From assembly GCA_025453925.1 (NCBI GenBank), contig JALOPK010000003.1, positions 1 through 54,052 on the forward strand: a stretch of 54,052 nt of DNA, in the 5' to 3' direction. The translations under genes and the position numbers were made by a program. Of the stretch, positions 10,601 to 18,832 are shown in pieces. Under the pieces are notes generated by a model. The model saw only the letters and a program-made list of their open reading frames with translations, did not search any database and had not been told where the DNA came from. Within the stretch, counting starts at the first letter, position 1. Every line of letters begins with the position of its first letter. Origin of the DNA: Candidatus Eiseniibacteriota bacterium (GTDB taxonomy: Bacteria > JAFGKV01).

Positions 10601-10877
10601 TGATCAGCGCGGGCTGGACAAGGACACCGTGGACCGGCAGCGACGCGTGCTCTCCCGGCTTCTCGATGCCCAGCGATCGGTGCGGCGGCAGGGACTTGCC
10701 CGTCGCAGGATGTCCGAACCGGCCCGAACCCAGACGACCGTGCCGGGAGAAGCTCCGCCCCCGGGGGTCTCCATGCCCGTACCTGCGCCGCCGCCACGGC
10801 AGGACGATGCCTTTCCTCCCGCATACCGTGACGCGATCGAGGCATACTTCCGTGCGATTTCCCGCCCGCTTCCGTAG
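7659..10877 (+). CDS. Large membrane-anchored coiled-coil protein, DUF4175-like
   Basis: N-terminal TM helices and a long Ala/Glu/Leu/Arg-rich helical middle. C-terminus PPAYRDAIEAYFRAISR resembles the conserved DUF4175 tail. It sits directly after DUF4159. Confidence 0.6.
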   Translation: MAAMPPSLLLGRLARLERARWRRAVLRGIVSGAGWLLVVTSVLSSAAGLHQIPAELRWVLLTAGGLALVRALRGGAELAGHSPERTAAVLEALAPSLERRIRPAVDLARRLVPGTSMELTELAQEQALERLDGIDPSRLLGTCAPLPWRPLALGTLLTLFATGASGGCPMPWARACLPWHDPPAPLPRLLTVAPGDTSVVAGSPVTVRCLVAWLRDEGAVVETRRPGEMDARLPLEPSGTPGPRTTLTATLRFPKGGYQYRVSAGPEVSPWFAVDQYHPLEITDARLTYHFPPYTGLDSMRLVGIPREIRGLRGTRVVLVLQGNNPLTECVCRLWCEPPCTMRVDERTADGEFTIERGAAAAFAVRDRMGQHASMGPVPVYMTADESPTIDALIPGCDTLLSRDVNALVGASAHDDFGLSLVAVRYTMGEREDTLVLAKGRMGTVGSWVRTWDLSPLGLLPEDIVSYRFEVTDNDAVSGPKRTASRWFRLRFPGLDEIMASIGQEQTSVIDSLEALSGEGNDLREELRSIAAELSGADAADWGTREDLKALAAEQRALGERLARAAEDLARIERMAEEEELFTAELLDRVATVQELLRTLRLPELDRALDELQHAVDTVNPRELEQALSRLADHQERILEGLDRAIQMLKRLEAAQRLSSLARTAERIEGEQENLVEAPKTGEQAGYEARLGEDLARLQEAMGDLTKDMRSVSTVVADSLAAASQRVQASGAQEAMEQAAGAMRSGSPDAPDLQAKALAGAQRLAADLQAAESSMGGQDLAQLMENLAAAERTVADLAYEQQQLAARPGDAAADHPRQVGVAEALRILREQTEETLAKGLGPAAADVLGTMARAQNELDRAAAQGSRGLKDRASALRALNTVSGSLSALRQNLQAMSCSDNSGMEELFGLSQAQGQLNQSCQSLLPRAGGLSREMLASLAARQQLIRDQLSRIGQGRQGDGSVTGDLGGIGREMEDLVSRLDQRGLDKDTVDRQRRVLSRLLDAQRSVRRQGLARRRMSEPARTQTTVPGEAPPPGVSMPVPAPPPRQDDAFPPAYRDAIEAYFRAISRPLP

Positions 10878-12078
10878 CCTCGTCGCGGGGGTGTTCGCGG
10901 CGTGCAGCGCCGCGCTGGCAGACGATCCACCCGGTGCGGCACTGCCCGACCCGGTCGCGATCGGCGTCGTCCGGCAGTCGCTCACCACCGCGCTCCAGCA
11001 TGACGACGTCGAAGCCGCCGCGGCGGCTGTGCTGGCCCTCCTGCGGCGAGGCATGGAGCCTGCCAACGTGGCGATGACCACCCTCTCGAGCCTCTCGCCG
11101 AGGGTCTCTGATACCCTTCGAGAGACCTTGATCGACTCCCGTGCGTCCGGCGTCGCCGAGGTCGTCATGCTACTCGCCGCGGGGAGTGGCGACTGGTCCG
11201 CGGTCGACTCGCTGTCCCGGTCCTTCTCCGGCCGGCCGGTGAGCGTGGCAACCCTCCAGACCGTGGCGGGCCAGGCAGAGGAGGCGGGGCAGTTCCCGGT
11301 TGCCGCGTGGGCATACTCCCGGCTGAGGGGAGTCGGACAGATGTGGGCAGAGCACGCCACGCTTCCTTTGGTGGAGGCGCTGATCGCGTCCGGGCGACGG
11401 GATGAGGCTGCCGTCCTTCTCGACAGCCTCATGGGCGGCGAAACGCCGCCGAACTTCCGAACTCGCGCCGCGGTGCTGCGCGCTAGAATCCTCCTCATGC
11501 AGGGAGACGAAACGAGGGCGCTCGATTGGCTGGACCGGGTACCGAGGAACGCGCCGGAACGCGCCGAGGCGGAGCTCTGGGCTGCTCTCATCCGTTTCAG
11601 CCACCATGGAAACGACTCGTTGGCACGAATCCTGGAGGCCGCGGCGCGCCTCCTGCCTGGATCACCGGCCGCCGCGGCCGCGTACGGCGCCGCGCAGCTC
11701 ACCGCTTGCTTTCCCTCCGACATCCGGCTTCGGCAGAAGGCCCTCCATAGCCTGCAGCTCGAACTCAGGGAGCAGTACGAGGCAGCCGCAGACGGCTACC
11801 GGGAGGTTCGCAAAGCGTCCCGGGAGACGGCCGCGGTCCGGTGGGGAATCAGAGAGGCTCGTTGCTGGGAACGCGCGGGGAGAATCGCCTCCGCGCTGGA
11901 AACCTGGGCCAGCCTTGACAGCTCGGGAGATGACGGCGCTGTCGTGCTGATCGGTACCGGTGACTGCCTGGCGACGATCGGCATGCCCGACAGCGCGCGA
12001 GCGTGCTACATGGCGGTCCTTGACCGGTTCCCCGAGAGCGCCCATGCAGGCCAGGCTCGCAGCCGGCTCCTCCAGTGA
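10807..12078 (+). CDS. TPR-like repeat protein, probably secreted
   Basis: Helical repeat composition. YbgF/TPR-like C-terminus (CYMAVLDRFPESAHAGQARSRL). Signal-like FRSLVAGVFAACSAALA. Start is uncertain: ATG 10807 or GTG 10852, both overlapping the end of the previous gene. Confidence 0.55.
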   Translation: MPFLPHTVTRSRHTSVRFPARFRSLVAGVFAACSAALADDPPGAALPDPVAIGVVRQSLTTALQHDDVEAAAAAVLALLRRGMEPANVAMTTLSSLSPRVSDTLRETLIDSRASGVAEVVMLLAAGSGDWSAVDSLSRSFSGRPVSVATLQTVAGQAEEAGQFPVAAWAYSRLRGVGQMWAEHATLPLVEALIASGRRDEAAVLLDSLMGGETPPNFRTRAAVLRARILLMQGDETRALDWLDRVPRNAPERAEAELWAALIRFSHHGNDSLARILEAAARLLPGSPAAAAAYGAAQLTACFPSDIRLRQKALHSLQLELREQYEAAADGYREVRKASRETAAVRWGIREARCWERAGRIASALETWASLDSSGDDGAVVLIGTGDCLATIGMPDSARACYMAVLDRFPESAHAGQARSRLLQ

Positions 12079-12908
12079 CCACGCCGATCATCATCTCCGC
12101 CTCACGCCGAACCGATATGCCGCGGTTTCACCTGGACGTCCTGACCGACGGCCTCCGGCGGCGGCGGTTCGCCTGGCATCACCCGTTCAATGGCCGGCTC
12201 ATGGAGCTGGCGTTGCCGGTCGAGCAGAAAGCTGTGCTGGTGCTCTGGTCAAAGGACTTCGACCGGTTTCTCGAGAACCGCTCGGCGTTCGAGGGCTGGC
12301 CGCTCTTCTTCCATTTCACCATCAACACTCCCCTCACCCTCCTGGAGCCCGACCTGCCGCCCCTGCGCCAGCGCTTGTGCCAACTGGAGCAGCTTGCCTC
12401 TCTCTACAGTCCGGAGGCGGTTCGCTGGCGGTTCGATCCCATTGTGTGCTGGGAGTCGGGGGGCCAGGCCCACGACAACCTCCGCGGGCTCGAGGCGATC
12501 GCACCTGATGTCGCCGCGGCGGGCGTCAAGGATGTCACCGTCTCCTTCATGGATCACTACCGGAAGATCGACAGGAGGTTGGCCGACCGGCCGTTGACGT
12601 TCCGCACTCCGTCCCCCCAGGAACAGGTGGAGCTGTTCGCCCCGTGGGCGGCTGTGCTCACTGAACTCAAGTTCACCGTTCACACGTGTTGCGAGCCCGT
12701 CCTGGCTTCGGGAATCCAGGGGGTGCGGCCGGGCAGGTGCATCGATGCGGACCTGCTGTCGCGCCTCACGGGGATGGTTGTGGAGGCGAAGGATGACCTG
12801 GGGCAACGCAGGGATCACGGCTGTCTCTGCCATCGCAGCATCGACATCGGGTGCTACGCCCATCACCGCTGTCGCGGCCAATGCCTGTACTGCTACGCGA
12901 GGCCGTGA
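12075..12908 (+). CDS. DUF1848 domain protein
   Basis: N-terminus IIISASRRTDMPRFH and C-terminal Cys cluster CLCHRSIDIGCYAHHRCRGQCLYCYA match DUF1848. Start overlaps the upstream stop (GTGA). Confidence 0.75.
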   Translation: MTTPIIISASRRTDMPRFHLDVLTDGLRRRRFAWHHPFNGRLMELALPVEQKAVLVLWSKDFDRFLENRSAFEGWPLFFHFTINTPLTLLEPDLPPLRQRLCQLEQLASLYSPEAVRWRFDPIVCWESGGQAHDNLRGLEAIAPDVAAAGVKDVTVSFMDHYRKIDRRLADRPLTFRTPSPQEQVELFAPWAAVLTELKFTVHTCCEPVLASGIQGVRPGRCIDADLLSRLTGMVVEAKDDLGQRRDHGCLCHRSIDIGCYAHHRCRGQCLYCYARP

Positions 12909-13110
12909 ATGGCCACCGCTTCGCCGGTGATTCCGAGGATCTCGCGGTCGGGAGTCGGCGGGCGGGTACCCGCGTCACTCTTGTGCCGCAACGGCTGACA
13001 GCTCGTTCCGCGACCCGGAGGGGGCGTGGTGTGTCTGTCGCTGGGCGTGAACTGTCGGCCTCACTCCGGACTCAGGCAGCATCGTCGTGCATCAAGGAGA
13101 GTCTCCCTTC

Positions 13111-13671
13111 ATGATGGACAGCCTGACCATTCTGCTCACCGCAGTCGGCCTGGCGATGGATGCCTTTGCGGTTTCGCTCTCCAGCGGGCTCACCCTGAGA
13201 TGCCCGAACTGCCGCAACGCCTCACGAATCGCAGGGGCGTTCGGATGCTTCCAGGCGGTGATGCCGGTGATCGGCTGGTACATCGGTCGGGGCTTCAAAC
13301 CCTTGATTGAGGGCGTGGATCACTGGGTGGCGTTCGGACTCCTCGGACTGGTGGGGATCAAGATGATAGTGGACGCCCTCCACCCGGAGCACGAGCGGTA
13401 TGCTCGCGATCCTCTCGATACCCGTGTTCTGTTGGTGCTCGCGTTGGCAACCAGTATCGATGCTCTGGCTGTTGGTCTGAGCTTCGCCATGCTGGACGGC
13501 TCCATAGTCCTGCCCGTGATCATCATCGGGGCGGTCACTTTCGGGATGTCATTTGCGGGGGTGATGGCGGGCGGCAGATTCGGGCATCTGCTGGGCAGAA
13601 GGGCCGAAGTCGTCGGAGGCCTGATCCTCATCGGCATTGGGACGAGGATCCTCGTCGAGCATCTGCGATAG
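13111..13671 (+). CDS. mntP: Manganese efflux pump MntP
   Basis: LLTAVGLAMDAFAVSLSSG, a second ATSIDALAVGLSF repeat and six hydrophobic segments. ATG 13111 is preferred over the in-frame 13087 because MntP proteins begin just before the first TM helix. Confidence 0.85.
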   Translation: MMDSLTILLTAVGLAMDAFAVSLSSGLTLRCPNCRNASRIAGAFGCFQAVMPVIGWYIGRGFKPLIEGVDHWVAFGLLGLVGIKMIVDALHPEHERYARDPLDTRVLLVLALATSIDALAVGLSFAMLDGSIVLPVIIIGAVTFGMSFAGVMAGGRFGHLLGRRAEVVGGLILIGIGTRILVEHLR

Positions 13672-13716
13672 ACCTTATCGGGATCTCCGTGAGCGCGGCA
13701 GAGTGGCGGCGGGCAG

Positions 13717-13746
13717 CCGGGGGCCGGGCACGGCGCCCGGCCCCGG
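13717..13746. terminator. GC-rich hairpin between convergent mntP and GyrI-like genes
   Basis: ccgggggccgggc / acg / gcccggccccgg gives a ~12-bp stem with one bulge. There is no U-tract on either side, so intrinsic-terminator function is uncertain. Confidence 0.3.
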
Positions 13747-13753
13747 CGTGACG

Positions 13754-14320
13754 TCAGGGCGTGCTGCCCGTCGGGGCGGGGGCCGTCACCGGCAGGCGAA
13801 GCTCGGTCTGGGGACCGTCGCCTCCAAGCCATATCTCCATGGGAGGTCCGGCGGGGGTATAGCCGCGGGACATGACCCACATATAGACTCCCGGCCATGC
13901 GTTGCCTGCGTTTTCGTATGGACCCGTGAAGATCGTGTATGCCACCTCACCGGTGGGGAACACTTTCGACTCGAACGGCGGGGTAGGAGCCACCCCCGAG
14001 GCAACTTCCATGCCGACCTCCCAGAGCAAATCCGCCTCCGCGGCCTCCATCGGGTTATTGAAATAGCGGCCGAAGGGCGGGCCCAGCGGAGCGACCTTGA
14101 GCGTGTCCGGCAGGTAGCTCATGAGCCGGGCGATCGCCTCCTCATGCTGTGCATAGGAACCCTTCATCGGGAGCACCACGACACACAGCGAGTCGACCTG
14201 TTTTATCATGATCTCCGGAGACGGTGCGACCGGTTGTTCCGGCGCCGGGGAACTTACCGGCTCCTCGGCAAACAGCACGACGGGCGTGAGGACGAGTAGG
14301 ACCGCGGCAAGCTTGCGCAT
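13754..14320 (-). CDS. Secreted GyrI-like (AraC effector-binding fold) small-molecule-binding protein
   Basis: Signal peptide MRKLAAVLLVLTPVVLFA. VVVLPMKGSYAQHEEAI...GPPFGRYFNNP...WEVGMEV...YTIFTGPYENAGNAW matches the GyrI-like domain pattern. Start is taken at the internal ATG 14320. Confidence 0.65.
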   Translation of the reverse strand: MRKLAAVLLVLTPVVLFAEEPVSSPAPEQPVAPSPEIMIKQVDSLCVVVLPMKGSYAQHEEAIARLMSYLPDTLKVAPLGPPFGRYFNNPMEAAEADLLWEVGMEVASGVAPTPPFESKVFPTGEVAYTIFTGPYENAGNAWPGVYMWVMSRGYTPAGPPMEIWLGGDGPQTELRLPVTAPAPTGSTP

Positions 14321-14613
14321 GCCTGAACCTCCTGGCAAGGGTCGAGCACGTTTCGCCACGAGAAACCCGTGGACACGAATCAAGGTTGGCGGAGGACGCC
14401 GAACATGTCAAGATACGGACACACGGCACCGGAGCCTCGACGATCGGAGCGGAAACCGGAGACCATTGGAGGGATGTGCCGTTCGCGGTGGGAGAACCCT
14501 GAGCTGCTGCGCGTCCCCTCGCCTTCCCCTGGAGACGGGAGTCCCGCGCTCGCAGTACTCTGGAATGATGATCGGGCAACACGTCCGGAATCGGATCGAT
14601 TGCCCGTCAGGTC

Positions 14614-14650
14614 CATCACGATGCGTGGCGCATGCGCCGCGCACGTGATG
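14614..14650. repeat. 37-nt imperfect palindrome / long hairpin inside the non-coding gap upstream of cmr1
   Basis: CATCACG...CGTGATG outer arms enclose the perfect 12-nt palindrome GGCGCATGCGCC, extended by G-C and G-U pairs. About 18 bp are paired in total, with a one-nt offset bulge. Confidence 0.6.
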
Positions 14651-15174
14651 CCCGCGATTCCGGTGGACGGCCCGGCGCGGAGGAGCAGGGGGACTCGCTT
14701 GTCTGGGTGCGCGCGGTTGTGAACCCCGCGCGGTACCGGCCTGGCCGCTTGCCGGAAATGTCGGCTTCGGTCTTGCGCCGCCGGGGAGTATGCCCCAACC
14801 TGTCATGGTTTGCGACGACGGCAGGTCTGCCGGCGCCGCGCAACGGAGTTCGTTACTGCTTGACGTCCGAAGGTGAATCGAGTTCCTCATGCCGATTCTC
14901 CCGTCGATCATGAGCCCCGTGGCTGTCGGGTCGGATGCCCGGTGCGGTGCATGCACGATAGCACCGAGAGCGCCTACCTACCGTGGATGTCCTGACAGTG
15001 CGGTCGTCATGGCGGAGAGGAGTCGGTGAACTATGACATCGCGGCCGCCTGACCCTCGCGCGCGAGCCGGAGCCGCGCGGCCTCCTTCCATCAATGGGCT
15101 GGGCCATGTGTCCGGCGCCTCCTGTTCCCACTTCGGTGGGGAGGGGCCGGCGCGGTCAAGCTGAGGTGACCTGA

Positions 15175-16293
15175 ATGTCTTTCAAGAGACGATCGAAAGG
15201 GCAGGGTTTGCATCATCGTCAGGGCTCTTCGAAGGGGGGCCATTCCTCCCGGAGAGGAGTAGCCACACGCAGGGAGGCGATTCTCGATCTCATGTTCGTC
15301 ACCCCGGCGTTTGTCACGGGCACGGGAGAACACGCTGCCCCCGTCGGGATTTCCACCATACGCGAGCTCCTGCGGTGGTGGTATCGCGCTCTGGTGGGTC
15401 ATGAGGCCGTTCTGGGGCTTGTGGACGTTGAGCAAGCGGAGGCAGGAGTTTTCGGAAGTCCCCGGCTCAAGATCCGTTCACCGTTGCAGATTCAGGTCGT
15501 CCCCGGGACCTCCTTCGGCGTGATTCCCGCAGGGTCGCCGGCTCCGAGTAGCGGAATCATCCTGGACACGACCCCCAAGCTGGACAGCATTCACTATCTG
15601 GGGAGCGGGCCGGTGGGCCCCGTGGCCCGTCGGGAGTGCGATGATCACGGCGTCGCAAATGAAGCGGCGTTCAACGATCCCGCGACCGGCAAGGCGAGAC
15701 GCGGACAGATCCTCCGGCAGCCGGCCATCGCCGCGGGCACCACGTTTACCATCCACCTGAGCTGGAATGACGGCGCCTTGGACGATCGCCAGCAGGAAGA
15801 CCTGATTCGTGCAGCCGCGTCCTTGGTCGCGCTGGGAGGAATCGGCTCCCGAAGCAAGAAGGGATTCGGAGCGTTGGCCGGTGCGATCGATGCGGCGGAG
15901 ATCCCCGAAGCTCGGTCGTGGTGGGAGTCGCAAACCTACGGGATCCTTCACGGTCCGACCCTCTCGGCAACGGCGGGTTTCCCCTCATTCCCATGCCTGG
16001 CGTATGGGATCATACGGCCGGATCCGGTCGTCTCGTCCACGTGGGAGCATGCGATGGGAAGGCTTGGCCAACTCTATCTGGCCATCCGACCGCGCGGGGC
16101 CGCGGCCTGGATCGGGGGCTCGGCCCACCCGAAGCGGGATGCGTCCGTGCTCTTTTCGGTCTTGTCCGAGGAGGAGGGCTTCCGGGGGGTGGCGACGCTG
16201 CTTCCCTACGTGCAGCCAGGCGAGGAGGGAGCCCGTGACCTCCGTGACTACGTGACGGCTTTCAAGGAGTTCTGCTGGCCAGAAGAGGGCTGA
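15175..16293 (+). CDS. cmr1: Solitary Cmr1-family RAMP protein (type III CRISPR-associated fold) with a basic N-terminal tail
   Basis: Three matches to remembered P. furiosus Cmr1. (1) FVTPAFVTGTGE...IRELLRWWYRALVG...EAGVFGS...SPLQIQVVPG matches IKGAMRWWFRALAG...ENQVFGS...SRVKISVTP. (2) Glycine-rich RAMP loop LVALGGIGSRSKKGFGAL matches LVSLGSVGFRSRRGTGSM. (3) C-terminal ASVLFSV...GFRGVATLL resembles ASPLWFGV. GAGGTGA lies 6 nt before the ATG. Confidence 0.8.
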   Translation: MSFKRRSKGQGLHHRQGSSKGGHSSRRGVATRREAILDLMFVTPAFVTGTGEHAAPVGISTIRELLRWWYRALVGHEAVLGLVDVEQAEAGVFGSPRLKIRSPLQIQVVPGTSFGVIPAGSPAPSSGIILDTTPKLDSIHYLGSGPVGPVARRECDDHGVANEAAFNDPATGKARRGQILRQPAIAAGTTFTIHLSWNDGALDDRQQEDLIRAAASLVALGGIGSRSKKGFGALAGAIDAAEIPEARSWWESQTYGILHGPTLSATAGFPSFPCLAYGIIRPDPVVSSTWEHAMGRLGQLYLAIRPRGAAAWIGGSAHPKRDASVLFSVLSEEEGFRGVATLLPYVQPGEEGARDLRDYVTAFKEFCWPEEG

Positions 16294-16569
16294 TTTTCGG
16301 GCATTCGGTGTGAGCCCATGCGGGGCTCCTGCGCGGCCGGGGCCGGAAGCAGACCTCCGGTGTTCTCCGTTGGGAGAGCACGCCGAAGAGGTGGTGCAGG
16401 GCCTGCCTGCATGAAGGCGGGGCAATCCAATGCCCCCACGCTCCGAAGAATGCGTCTCTGATCCGTGTCGGCCGGCTTCATGGCGCGGGCTTATCTGCGG
16501 TGATCGAGCACGCTCGCCACGCGGAGAATGGCCACAGGCGAGGCCCGGGCGGGCTCCGCGGAGCGAGGT

Positions 16570-17649
16570 TCAGCCCCCGGCTGCAGGCCGGGACGCGCGG
16601 GCATACCTTGCAAGGGCCTCGAGGCAGAGAGCGGTAGTCATCTCCTCTGACCCCCACCACACGCCGGCATCGCGAGCGACATAGAAGGCGGTGGCCGGCC
16701 ACGATCCATCGGGCCGCTGCCGGCGAATCAGAAACCGCACCGAGTTGTCCATGACGGAGTCCGGGCTGACATCGAAGTTGAGCATACTGCAGATACCGAA
16801 CGCGGTAGCCAGTTCATCCCCAAGAGACCCATCGTCGCGCTGGAGCGCCCTGGTGCGGGCCACGACCGTGTCCCTAGAGGCAGCCAGGCACGCGACGCCA
16901 TGCGCGCGGGCCCTGGAGAGGGCGTAGTAGAAGGCAGTGTCATGGAGATAGTACACCGTGGACGTGGCCTCGGCGCCGCGCCTGATGACGCCATTGAGAT
17001 ATTCACAGGCGGCTTTGGTGCGCGAGTTCGATCCGAGATAAAGCAGGACGTTGGCATTCACGACGCAGTCAACGTCGTTGGGTGTGCGTGATCCTGTCGG
17101 ACGGAGCCATGTCCTGAACCGTCCCCGGGCGTCCAGGTTGCGGTAGAAGACTTCGCTGTTGGCCGGAACGGGAACGTGATGTCTCACGAGGAGGAATGAG
17201 ATGCACGCGGTGTCGTCAAGATCGGGATCAATGCGCTTGTCGTTGAGAGAGGTCCAGTACCGCCAGGTTCCCCCACGGTCCATTTCGCCGACCAAGAAAC
17301 GGAGCGCGAGGGCGGTCATCGCTTCGATGCGGGGATCATCGATGTAACTGAGTGAGTAGACCACAAAACTGGTGACAAACGGGGAACTGTCGAAGTAGCG
17401 CATGCTCCGGAGCGTGATGTCTGTCGAGGCGTGGGTGCGGAACTCACCGTGCTTCAGCTGACTCCGGGTCAGAAACGCCACGCCCTTGTCGACGGCCGTA
17501 CTGAGATGCAGCGGCAAGACTGCGGAGACGCTGTCGGCCGCGAAGGCTCCGGCTCGTTCGCTATCAGGAGGCGATCCGAGCGATGTATCGGCAATCAGCG
17601 CAAAGCCCCCGAGGACGGCCCAGACGAGCCCATGGCGCCAGCCATCCAT
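16570..17649 (-). CDS. Secreted or membrane-anchored prenyltransferase / squalene-cyclase-like (alpha-alpha toroid) repeat protein
   Basis: Repeated motifs AVDKGVAFLTRSQLKHGEF, RGGTWRYW, DLDDTACISFLL, LQRDDGSLGD and RRQRPDGSWP are typical of prenyltransferase/SQHop-cyclase repeats. N-terminal hydrophobic LVWAVLGGFALIA. GGAGGTGATC lies immediately before the ATG at 17649. Confidence 0.7.
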   Translation of the reverse strand: MDGWRHGLVWAVLGGFALIADTSLGSPPDSERAGAFAADSVSAVLPLHLSTAVDKGVAFLTRSQLKHGEFRTHASTDITLRSMRYFDSSPFVTSFVVYSLSYIDDPRIEAMTALALRFLVGEMDRGGTWRYWTSLNDKRIDPDLDDTACISFLLVRHHVPVPANSEVFYRNLDARGRFRTWLRPTGSRTPNDVDCVVNANVLLYLGSNSRTKAACEYLNGVIRRGAEATSTVYYLHDTAFYYALSRARAHGVACLAASRDTVVARTRALQRDDGSLGDELATAFGICSMLNFDVSPDSVMDNSVRFLIRRQRPDGSWPATAFYVARDAGVWWGSEEMTTALCLEALARYARASRPAAGG

Positions 17650-17821
17650 GATCACCTCCGCGTCGAAGTCGAACCGAACAGTAGAACCCCGGCAGGGGTG
17701 AACGGATCCTGCGAAGGGTTTTCGGCGACGCCGGCTGAAGACCTTGCGGGCGCGGTGGCTCGCACGCGGAGAGGGTGCCGCCATACGCGGCACCCTCTCC
17801 GCATGCCCGGCCGGTCTCTCG

Positions 17822-18385
17822 TCAGAATGCCTCTGCCAGTGGCTCCGGCACCCGGGGGTCTGATTCCGCCGGAGCCGGTGGAGCCACCGGTGCCAGAGCA
17901 CGGAGCGCAGGCTCGAAGACCTCGGCGCGGAGCTGGTCGAACTCCGGAGGCGTCGCCTGCAGCAGCATCACATAGGTCCCGCGATCTGTGGTCGCAAGGG
18001 CGACTTCGATGACCAGCCGGCCGCAACCCCAGACACTGGACTCTGCCCGGTACAGATCCCAGGCGCACCAGTCTGTGGTGCAGCACCCTGCCGGTTCCAG
18101 CTCGGCGCCATACGTAGGAACGGCCGCAATGGCTTCATCAGGAGTCAGGCCCTGGCCGCATCTCCGAAGGACGAATGTCGTGAGATCGCTCGTCCCCGGA
18201 GCCCGCCGGTAGACTCGAGGCGGGTACTCCGCCCACCCCTCGGGGCGAACGCCGGTCACGCCGAGTTCTTCATCGATCACTGGCGCGAGCCCGGAGTCGA
18301 ATGCCGAAGCCGGGCCAATCACAATCATCGTAAGGCCGATGAGAACGAGGCATCCGTATGTTGCGAGCGCCGATCTGCGTGTCAT
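17822..18385 (-). CDS. Hypothetical secreted or membrane-anchored protein
   Basis: Internal start MTRRSALATYGCLVLIGLTMIVIGPASA (signal/TM). Cys-rich middle (CCTTDWCAWD) and Pro/Ala-rich tail. No family recognised. Confidence 0.5.
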   Translation of the reverse strand: MTRRSALATYGCLVLIGLTMIVIGPASAFDSGLAPVIDEELGVTGVRPEGWAEYPPRVYRRAPGTSDLTTFVLRRCGQGLTPDEAIAAVPTYGAELEPAGCCTTDWCAWDLYRAESSVWGCGRLVIEVALATTDRGTYVMLLQATPPEFDQLRAEVFEPALRALAPVAPPAPAESDPRVPEPLAEAF

Positions 18386-18832
18386 GGGAGTCACCCTCAC
18401 TTTTCGAGTTGTGCGAGAGCCGCTTCGGTCCTCACACGTTCGTTCGCGCCGCATGGTTTCATCCATGCGATCATGTGCCAAGGGTGGCGCCGGCTGCCAT
18501 CCCGCGCAGCATCGCTCGGCCGACGAGCGCCGCTGCTCCAGTGCTGAGCTCACAGGATGAGACGGTGAGAACGGCAAGAAGGTTGCAACGGTCTCCCGAA
18601 CGGATGCATATGAGTCCATGTGGGTGCATGAAACCGGCCGCCCTCGCCGCACTGCGGGGATTGACGCAACCCGGGAACCGTGTCTGACTCGCGTCCTCGG
18701 TGACGCACGAGAGGCAGCGATCCGCCGCGGCGTCCTTCACGTCGAGGTCCTCCCGGCCGGTCGGCTCATGGAAGAATGACGCCAGCGAGGCCCGTGAGAT
18801 CCCCCGACAGCCGACAGCCCGAAGACGGACAA

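Noticed and set aside
12960-13110. Possible yybP-ykoY manganese riboswitch in the mntP leader
   Set aside because: mntP is often controlled by this riboswitch, so I looked for it. The leader has only weak resemblances (GGAGGGGGCGUGG versus the conserved GGGGAGUAG, and CAAGGAGAGUCUCC versus CAAGAGACC). I could not build the four-way junction by eye. It needs cmsearch with RF00080.
15023-15154. 43-aa ORF (MTSRPPDPRARAGAARPPSINGLGH...) with an upstream GGAGAGGAG, just before cmr1
   Set aside because: The translation is Pro/Ala/Arg/Gly-dominated, typical of chance ORFs in GC-rich DNA. SD spacing (~10 nt) is poor. It is not reported as a gene.
14384-15174. CRISPR array or known housekeeping ncRNA upstream of cmr1
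   Set aside because: There are no direct repeats of 25-40 nt at regular spacing. GUCCGGAA at ~14583 resembles the SRP domain IV loop, but the flanking helix does not match. No RNase P (GGAAAGUCCGG), tmRNA or 6S hallmarks were seen on either strand.
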